This document shows, one piece after another, positions 47,755 through 56,929 of a stretch of 56,929 bases of DNA. The notes under the pieces were generated by a model. That model saw only the letters and a program-made list of their open reading frames with translations. It was not told where the DNA came from and searched no databases. Within the stretch, counting starts at the first letter, position 1, and each line of letters opens with the position of its first letter. The stretch comes from Octopus bimaculoides (taxonomy: Eukaryota), in assembly GCF_001194135.2 (NCBI RefSeq), contig NC_068991.1, positions 33,972,404 to 34,029,332 of the forward strand, written 5' to 3'. The translations under genes were made by a program, and so were the position numbers.

Positions 47755-50700
47755 TGGTGCCCCAGCATGGCCACAGCTCATGAGCTGAAACTGGATAAAA
47801 TGAAAATGAAAAATATCTTCAATATCTTTTCTTCTTTGGATCTACTTTTAGGAATTCAGTGTTCTTCCTTTTCCTTGTACATGTGGTTTCAACTTCTTGT
47901 AACTGTTGGAACTTGAAAAGTGTCATACAGCCAATCCATTGGTATTTCTACTCTTGTTGGTTCCTTAAGCTGATTTCTATGTCTCCTTTCTATTCCATTT
48001 CTGCTTCTTACACAATATATCATTCTTCCTATGTATGTTACAATTTCTCCTTCCCAGAATTGCTTGCCATTTTTATACATTCTTACATATACCTTATCAC
48101 CAATTCTAAAGACTTTTGGCATGTCTTTACTTACACATATTTTTTTTTCTTCACTGGTAACAGTTTATCGAATACTGACTTCACCTTTCTTGCAAACATT
48201 AATTCTGCTGGTGAACTTTCTTTGGGTTCAGAGTTACCCTGTATACTCTTACATTTTGGTTCAGAGTTACCCTGTATACCCTTAAGAATTGTTGGATCAT
48301 GATCTCATCCATGGCTTCTTTTTTAGCTTTCTTTAAAGCTCTCTTAAAAGTGTCCATGAACTGTTCGACCCTTCCATTCAATCTAGGGTGATACAGTGCT
48401 ATAGTTTTATGTTCTAACGTGAACATCTTATGGAGTCTTTTAAACTCACAGGATACAAACTGTATTCCCTTATCAGAAACAATTATAACCTGTACACCAA
48501 ATCTTGCGAACAGTTCATGTGAGAAGTTTATTACCATATATGAAGTTGGTCATTTACACCGAGTGACCTCAGACCGTTTTGTGTAGTTGTCCACTACAAT
48601 TAAGTTATAATATCCATTTACCAGGCCTGCAAAATCAATATGCAATTTTTCACTTCTAACCAAGGTTCACATTTAGTAGTAGGTAGTTTCACTGCCAGCG
48701 CACATCCTCTTCAGCCTTTTACAAGGTTTACAACTTTCTTGTCCATGCTTGGCCAGTATACAAAACTCGGCATCAGCACTTTCACTCTAGAGATGCTCTT
48801 TTAGCATTCTCTTTCCTAATGCCTGTGGTATAACCACCCTCTGAGCTTACATTAGTACACCTCACATATAGAGTACATGTTCATATCTTGATGGCTCTTC
48901 GCATCGGACCTTTCTTTATTTCCTTTTGTCAACCACAGTTTTCTTTTTGCCTCATTAATAAATTTGTCATTTCTCACATTTATTTATTTTTTTTCCAAAT
49001 TTACTGGTAGTCCACACACGATGTTCCACATCACTTTTTTTTGTTTCAGTTCATCGACCTCATTTGATCGTTTGACTGCTCTGCTTACATAATTGCACAA
49101 AGCGCTTAAATTAAATTTCTCTATGCATTTAGTGCCAAATAAATTCATGGATTTTTTCAACACATAAGCATACACTTTTTGGTTTGACCTTTGAACATTA
49201 TTACAAATGCGTTCTCATGTTTTCTTATTTATGATTGTGATTGATATCACTTCCCGTGTCTAATTACATTCTGACACTAATATTTTTAATTCTCACATCC
49301 ATGAATTTTCTGTTTGTTGTAGTCACAACTTTTCCTGCTGATAGACTATTTATTTTTTCTTGTTTGTTCCATTTTCCTATCATTCTAGTTTTGGAATGCA
49401 ATTTTACATGGCCTGTAAGCCCTCAGCAAAAACACTTTGCTTTTTTATACAGACAATCTTTTTTCAGGTGCATCCCACCACATGTCATACATAGGTCTAC
49501 ATCCTGAAATTTTTTCTGTTTCTTTGTGCAACACTTTATTTGTCTTCTAACTTTTTTGCACCGGTCTTACATGGAAACACTCTTTCCGTTGAATTTCTTC
49601 CATGTCATGCCTTAATTTTAATATCCTGTCACACTCTTCACACAGTTTCTGCAATGTCAAATCCTGGTTCATTTCCAGTTTTGATAGAAATATCCATTCA
49701 GATTTCTGCATCCCTTCTATCTGTTAATCCTTGTGCAAAAATCAAACAGTTGAAAGAATCTGGAGTAAGCATATCCAGCCTAAAATCTCTGACATTCTTT
49801 GTCGAATCTGCCTGTGTAAGTAATGAAATCTTCATCTTCACTTGTTTCTATGTTTAAACATCTCTATCTAGTATTAAACAGTGAGCTCTTTCCACTAAAC
49901 ATCTTGCACAAAATGTCAACAGCATTGGTGAAATTTATGTCGAATGCTTTTTTGGCAATATGAAATTACTATATTTCTCATGCTCTGCTGTTACTAGTTT
50001 TCTTAACACTAGACGCATTTTGATTTTGTCCGTCCAATCCAGACATTCTTTTTCAAATATTTGTTGAAATCTTTAAAAGTAAGCCTCAAAGGTTACTCTT
50101 TCTTCAGCATTATATTTGAATTCACTTATAGAATTTGCTACATGGTCAGGTGAAAATTTAATCTCCAGTTTGGTTATCAACTTCATTAGTTATAACATTT
50201 GCCGCTGCAATTCTTGTTGTTGTTTTCATTGTTCCTTGAGTTGTTGTTGTTGCTGTTTTTGCAATTCAGCTATCCATATTTTACAATTATCGTAAGTTTG
50301 CACAAGTTTTTGTTTCTTTTTTGTCAAGGTATTTAATTTTCCACATGAATTAGTTTAAACTTTCCATGTGAATGTTTTTTCTTCACTCCATACAAATTTG
50401 TTTTTCGTCATCGCCACTGTTGTAAAGCAGTCTTTTACTACTGTTGTATCTGTTTTTCGACGACAGTTGCCACTCTGACAGATATTGTAATATTCTGAAG
50501 TCATCAATAGAATTGTTCTATCTGGTACTGTATGATCCCCAGTTGTACAGTGTTATTATCCTCAAAAGGTTGGATCGATATAACGTCCACTCAGTATTAC
50601 ACTATAATTACTATATCAGCACAGATACAACTATCAATACAGTCTACATGTACTCTCAACTTTCTGACCTTTTACTGTCGATCAGCTACTGGTCTATTTA

Positions 50701-50760
50701 TAATGGTTGGCTACTACTAATTTTTACAGGGGGGTGGGTGTACAGTTTCACTATACAACA
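47285..50760 (-). mobile_element. Gypsy element B, both LTRs present, nested in the gag of element A, lacking RT/RNase H
   Basis: LTRs 47285-47626 and 50418-50760 (T(G/A)TTGTA…TACAACA); TSD GTGAC at 47280-84 and 50761-65; PBS TGGCGATGACG 50406-16; PPT 47627-36; zinc knuckles ~49400-49560; protease LDTGSDITII ~49250; integrase HIDFAG, VSDKGIQF, YHPRLNG. Confidence 0.93.
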
Positions 50761-51019
50761 GTGACTAATGCTAGCATCTTGTCCATCAGCTCCAGAGGCT
50801 TGGAATCACCTAATTCTTCCTCCAGTATCTTGGCTGCTGCTTCCCAGTTGTTCAGCCAGAACATATCTATGAGCCTGCTTTTTAAACTGGCATATTTGTG
50901 CATAGTTGGGGTTTGGGTTAGGATGTCTAGTACACTTGTTGCTGTGTCTTCATCTAGTGCTGCTGCTATGCATGAGTATTTTGTTAGGTTCAAGGTGATT
51001 TTCCATACATTAAATTGCA

Positions 51020-51316
51020 GTTCTATATTTATAAATTGCAGTTATATATGCCCATGGGCATATGGCATAGTGGTTAAGAACACGGGCTACTAACTACAAG
51101 ATTCTGAGTTCAATTCCAGGCAGTGACTTGAATAATAATGATAATAATAATTATAATAACAACAACAACAACAACAATAATAATAACAACATGAAAAACT
51201 ACCTTAGGAATGAGAACCCAGGTTCGAAATTTCCCTGATGAAGGCTGGAGAGTATATTCAGCCAAAATGTTGTGTTAACAAGATGAGGACAAATATCTGT
51301 CAAATGTAAATAATGT
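51020..51316 (+). mobile_element. tRNA-headed SINE with (AAT/AAC)n spacer and a decayed hammerhead tail
   Basis: A-box tggcatagtggtt (~51062), B-box gagttcaattcc (~51106); CTGATGA at 51235-41, stem GGCTG/CAGCC, then aaaatgttgtgtt; 11-bp duplication ATTAAATTGCA at 51009-19 and 51317-27 splitting the gag of element A. Confidence 0.75.
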
Positions 51317-51799
51317 ATTAAATTGCACTTCTGCCTGTGTGAACCATAGCTTGGCCCACTTCAGCCAGAATTGTGGGAGCTTCAGTGCTGCAGTGTGATC
51401 ACTTGCTATGTTTTTTTTTTTTTTTTTTTACTTCAATGTGTGAAGTGAATGCTGTTGTTCTTCTATGGGGTCACCATTTATAGCTTAGTTATGCTATACA
51501 CACACAAAAAAAAACAGTTGGGAACGAGAGTGTGTTGGTGTAGAATTTATTTTGTTATGTTCAGTTGTACACCATGGGAGTGAAAGTGATTGGCCATCTA
51601 AAGTCCTTGAGAGAAGTTCCAACTAACTGGAAGCCCCTTCACTGCAGACCAGCTCACTAGCTAGCCCACAGTGAAGTTCCTGTCTACAGTTTGTCTGTTA
51701 TCAGTCCTTGGGCATTGCCCTACACTGTCAATATGTTTAGATACTCAACATTTCCAGTAGCTTCAGAGAACTGGAGCTAATTTGCATACTGTATGTGTT

Positions 51800-51975
51800 G
51801 ACACTTTATTTAATATCAGGGGGCTTCTTTCAGTTTCTGTCTACCAAATCCACTCACGAGGCTTTGGTTAGTCTGAGGCTATAGTAGAGACACTTTTCTA
51901 AGGTGCCATGCAGTAGAACTGAGCTTGGAACCATGTCATTAGGAAAACAACCTTCTTACCATACTGCCACACCAG
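51800..51975 (-). mobile_element. Diverged Nin-type SINE head
   Basis: gggcttctttcagtttctgtctaccaaatccactcac.aggctttgg…caaggtgccatgcagt; further decayed pieces at 42760-42960, 47752-47805, 52300-52450 and 52900-53060. Confidence 0.8.
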
Positions 51976-53325
51976 TATCTATAAGTAGAACTTTCTAAGT
52001 AAAACTTAGCAGAGTTGTTTGACTACATCTAAAATCACACAGGATTAGTTACAACAGATGAAATAAATCTAGTCAATCAGTCTGTTAAATATTATCATTT
52101 TTTCAGAATGACAAACAAAATGTCAAAATTTTATATGTACTCATTTCTGTAAGAGCTTCAAGTTTTTTTAAAGAAATCTAACTACACAAAAGCCAAATTT
52201 ATTCTACTTCGAAAGACAATATATTATGCTGTCCTGTTGAGACCCATAATGAATTAAAATCAACTAAACTTGCAAACTCCAAAATTTAGTTCATTAACTT
52301 TTACCATCTGTGTGCTGACATAGCTGTATGGTGAAGAAATTTCTTTGAAAGCACATTTTTCTGGCTTCATCCTATCGTGCAGCTAGCTTAAGTAAGTATC
52401 TTTTGAGAGCTGCATTTGGTAGATGGAAGCTGTGTGGAAACTTGACATATAATATCTGTTTCTATATACAAGAATAAAAACCTTAAGAATGTAAATTGCT
52501 ACAAATATGTTAACTCAGCCATTCAAGAAATTGAGAACAATAAAACACACCAATTTAAAACTTAGAGTCAATATAAATAAATGACTAAAACCCCTGAAGT
52601 ATCAACATGGCCACAGTCATGTAAGAAAATAATTCATCAACATTTGCAGCAGTCTAAATTTAGCGAGGATCACTGAAATTGTCTTACAATAATCAAAGAT
52701 AACTTGTAGGTATCTACTCATCATTTACATGAATGTCATATTTATTTAATCATAGCTACTGGTAATGAAAAGTAGGTACTTGTCTAAAATTTTGAATGAC
52801 GTCAACTTGAGTCAGTTTGTAAAGTTACAATCAATCTTAAAGAAAGGTTTCTTTAATGCTAATATTAATATTAATATTAATATTCCATTCTATGATAGGC
52901 ACAAAACCTGAAAATTTGCAGGGATGGGGCTAGTCAATTACATCAACTAGCCCCATCAACTGGTATTTATTCTCTCAACCTCAAAAGGATGAAAGGCACA
53001 ACTGACCTTGGTAGAATTTGAACCCAGAACATAAAAACAGACGAAATACTGTTAAGCATTTTGTTCAGCATAACATTAGTTAATATTAAGATGTAAAATG
53101 CATTTTGAATTATTATAAACCCATTATACAATATCAGTGAGTTGTACCATTATTACAAGAAGAAATATTCTTAAATTCCACAGTTGAAAAGTGAAATAAT
53201 TGATCCTTGAACAGCTTTAAAGGAGACAAAACTAGTTGAATGATCTTCACTTGTAACTACCAAAGCTCCTGTAGTTTATCCACAGACTATATTTTCACAG
53301 CATGAATATATCTCTGTCTGTCTGT

Positions 53326-53362
<37 letters not shown>

Positions 53363-53479
53363 TATGTATGTCTCTTCTGTTTTTTAATTATTATAAATCT
53401 TCCACTGAGGAGGGAGCCAGTTTCTAACAAAGATACAAGGCTCCATCTTTGGGATGTAGTTAACACAGACAAATTCACA

Positions 53480-54640
53480 TTTGGAACTTGAGAAAAGTCT
53501 TGCATATTTTTAGTGTGCCACTCACAGATTGAAAATCCCAGTTTATCCAGATTCTTCTTTAAGCATTTACTAACAACACCTAGTGCTCCAATTATTATTG
53601 GTATGAATATGAATTCATAGTCTGGATACAGAAGCTGGAGGCTTCAAAGCAGCTGTCCATAGATATCCTCTTTTACTTTGATTTTCAAAGAGATATTTAT
53701 ATCAGTAGAGCAACTAACCTCTATGATAGTACATATCTTTGCCCCTCTATCCCAAATAATAATATCTTCCCTGTTATGCTAACATTTGACAGAAGTTTTG
53801 ATGAGAATATTTCACCAGTATTACTTGAGTCTGTGTTTATGAATGTATTCCATAACAGAGGGATTTTCTAAGTTTATTTAAGGACAATCTTTTTCGCGGA
53901 TGGTATTGTAAATTGTTTTAGCAACAACATCATGCAGCATTGGGAGGTAGTACCATGATGATATTTTAGGTCAGCTGCTAATCACATGTGTAATGTCTTC
54001 CACAGAAACATGACATAGCCTACACATATGGTTGCCCCATGGGATTACAGTAGCATCCTGTCTCTCTTGTTCACCTGGTACTTTTTGGCAATTTCCTGTT
54101 CCTGGATTGCAAATGCATAGCCTTCAAAGTGTGATGTGATGTAGTGGTCTTGTGTCCAATAGAGGCTGCACTTTGTGTCAATTCTACTGTCTTCTTCAAG
54201 CTTCTGGACAACGTACCCATGCATGGTCCTTTTTTTTTTGTATGCTGAGTGCTTTCCATCCAAGTCTTCTCTGAGGTAAGAGAGCCCAGCTGTTTTGGGG
54301 CTGTATAGGAGATCATCAAGAAGAGAGTGTTTTTTAAGGAGTTCACTACCAACTTGTATAATGTTGCTCACTTCACTTTTCAGGACAGCATTGATATATT
54401 TATTTTTGCTGCTGTTGTTCAGCAGGTGCTGCCTGAGTGATACCAAGCAGCATTCATCTGCACTGACCTCAGGCCTCTATCACCTTCATTTCTTCTTAGG
54501 TATGCCAAGAAACACTGCGAAGCCAGCAGGTCACAGCGGACACTTGTCCCACTCTGACTCCACATGCTTATCTCCAGAGTTAATGAACCACACGTATATG
54601 AAATTAAGACAAACCATGCACTGCTATAAAGGTGGTGACT
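53480..54640 (-). mobile_element. R4-like non-LTR remnant (post-RT region, CCHC, RLE)
   Basis: LGIPKKK*R**RP, HITSHFEGYAFAIQEQEIAKKY, IEVSCS.D.N; homologous to 26490-27300. Confidence 0.7.
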
Positions 54641-54689
54641 GAGAGTGAACCACATGAATGAAAACTCTGTAAATAAACAGCTATTGAAT

Positions 54690-55436
54690 TGTACGCCACT
54701 TGTGAACTTCTTCGTGTTCCAGATCCTTGAAACTACAAAATATAATTATAATGGGAGAAGGAGATACTCCACAGGTATCATAAACCTTCAATTCCATTAT
54801 AAAATGGTGACCCTGACCAAAAAAAGGATTTTTGGCAGCCAAAAGCTTTATCGTTGTAGATGCCTCACCTGAACGGCATTACCAACTTCGCTCCCATTAC
54901 CAACTAAAAAATCAATGGCCCGACATCAGAATATCTTCTCTTGTTCAAGTGAACCTTTAGAATTTGTGTTCTTTGCCTTGAACTTGTACCTTGCAGAGTA
55001 TGCATTCTTCTTACAAAGAAATATGCGGTATTCTTTCAAATCACGTGGAAACTGCCTAGCTAAAAACGTAGTATACTCTTGTGAAATAATTACGGAAACT
55101 AACACCCTCACCTACCTTGGGTGCTCTTCATCCTGGAAATCTAGGTTCTATAACCACAGGTTTTCGTTTAGATTCAGACATAAGGCTAATAGCACCTCAT
55201 TATCTCATAGAATTTGGGAGCTTAAAGACGATAACATTAATTTTAACCTTAGATGGTCCATAGTTGGATCGGCCGCAACGTATAGAGATGATAGAACTGG
55301 TTGCCAGTTATGCTCCTTAGAACTATTGAAAATTATTAGATTCCCTGATAAGAATAAGCTAATTAATAAGAGATCAGATTTCAAACCTTCCTGTATGCAT
55401 AAAATGATTAAAACCTTTAGATATTATAATCCCTAA
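54690..55436 (+). mobile_element. Penelope-like fragment ending in a GIY-YIG ORF (54915-55436)
   Basis: GNCLAKNVVYSCEI..TYLGCSSSWKSRFYNHRFSFR..NSTSLSHRIWELKD..LRWSIV..CQLCSLE..LINKRSD..CMH. Confidence 0.88.
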
Positions 55437-56929
55437 GTCCTCTCTTTTTAGTTATAAGCACTTCTAAACCTTCTCTCATTCGCAACTCCCACGTCAGAGT
55501 CTTCCTGCCACAATTCAGACATTGAATTAACGAAGCCCGTACTCTACCCCCAACCTGACTATGTACCTTAATCATTCAGTTTACCCTCGCATAGCTAGAT
55601 TCTGACCCCATAATATACACACATATTTAATAACCTGGGATCCATAATCCCACATTTACAGAAAAATTTCTAAACCTTTCAGTCACTGACTCGAAGCTTT
55701 CGAATGACACTACAATACACAAAAGTAACATAAAATAACACTCATCACTGCAATGTTTTTATAATAATATTATACTAGTACCAATTAGGAGATGCAAACC
55801 CAGACTTCTTTATATTTATACACCAATACCCAATGATTAAAATACGATTATAGTAGTAGTTTCACTATGCCATACAATTTACACTAATAGATAAACTGTA
55901 ACTTCCCCAACCACAATATTCTTCTAATCAATGTACCTTTTCAAACCACTATGTTTTTTTAATCTTTTTTGCATTACTGTTGTTGGTGTTGTTATTTCTT
56001 ATCACTATTACATTATGTAATACAATATTACTATTATATTATATTACTACGGTTGAAGTGTTCCCAGTACTCTGTATTTTGAATTTTAACTTCCAACCCT
56101 AGTTTTCCCCTTTATATTTTCTATATATTTTATAACTTTTTTTCTTGTTTACATTTTCTAATTATTCATTGTTTTGGTTTTTATATGTTCTAATTACCAT
56201 TTACCACTTCCATCATCCTTTTATCCTCTAGATAAGCAAGTTCATATACTTAAGTTGTAGTGATGTACTTTGGCTAAACTGACCACTCACCACAAGAATA
56301 TCATATTTCAAGTTTTTCTTTAGCCTGACGTTATTTATGACCCACCACAGCATCATGTATGTCTGTCATTTACAACCTAACCCTGTTAGATCTCTTTATA
56401 TCTTTATTTCTCTTTTTTTCTACTTTTAGGTTTTTTTTCTTATCCCCCTTCTTTTTAACTCTGTTATTTTATTTCTTTACTTTTATATTTACCACCCTTC
56501 TCCAACCCTTCTAAATAGTTTATATGCATCTTACTTTACTATTTGGATTTTTTCTTATTGTTTCTTATATTACCCCCCCCCCCCAATTTGACTTCTATTA
56601 TTTTTGTACTAATATTTGTGTATTTTTTATATTGTTTTAACTTTCAACTTCTTCCTTTTTTGGACCCTCTCCTTCTAGCTCATATAAGCTAGTATTGTTT
56701 ATTTAGCATTCACTCTACCCTGAATTGTGGCACAATATGGACAGATTTCGGAGTACCGATGAACTTTTATGTAAATGTATCAACTTAAAGGATAAAGATA
56801 TTACAATGTATATTACAATGGATATTACAATGGACAATACCAAGTGGACTCCCGCTTTTTATCTCTCATGTTTCTCTCTCTTTTACTTTTTTCTTGGTGA
56901 CTTCTTTGTGATATAATATTTGGGAAAGA

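Larger units (their letters stand above)
44299..51724 (-). mobile_element. Gypsy element A (host of nested insertions)
   Basis: 5' LTR ~51479-51724 with PBS TGGTGACCCC (51467-51476); gag LKLPQFW..WFTQAEVQF..TKY..AALD..LGDSKPLELMDKMLAL, split by insertions; pol RT (ADLIRGNHQI, AYLDNILIAS), RH (TVDASNTVIG, TDHKPL) and integrase; 3' LTR remnant 44299-44369 shares ttatcagtccttgggca.tgccctaca. Confidence 0.85.

Noticed and set aside
55680-55712. ctgactcgaagctttcgaatgac hairpin after the PLE ORF as a ribozyme
   Set aside because: Lacks CUGANGA and GAAA consensus; only a short stem.

Overview
Repeat-dense, AT-rich animal genomic DNA with eight N-gaps. The repeat families (Nin-domain tRNA SINEs, RTE LINE tails ending in (GAT)n, abundant (TA)n/(CA)n) look like those of an octopod cephalopod; this is recalled, not searched. 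Only one host protein-coding gene is supportable: an intronless 2-aminoethylphosphonate-pyruvate transaminase (phnW-like, minus strand, 18365->17146, end lost in a gap) with a mitochondrial-type N-terminal extension. The rest is a nested transposon mosaic: five Penelope-like (PLE) fragments, RTE LINEs with a PHD finger inside the RT, R4-like and Tx1/L1-like LINEs, three Gypsy elements (one nested in another with a GTGAC TSD), mariner, Tc1, piggyBac and hAT remnants, foldback/MITE hairpins and SINEs. Best candidates for something new: (i) the single-exon, probably mitochondrial phosphonate transaminase; (ii) a tRNA-headed SINE carrying a decayed hammerhead ribozyme, next to a PLE that carries an intact-looking hammerhead, suggesting a PLE-mobilised ribozyme SINE; (iii) an extremely AT/Asn-rich PLE ORF that stays open despite a dead YRND motif. 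All alignments were done by eye, and many coordinates of decayed repeats are approximate.
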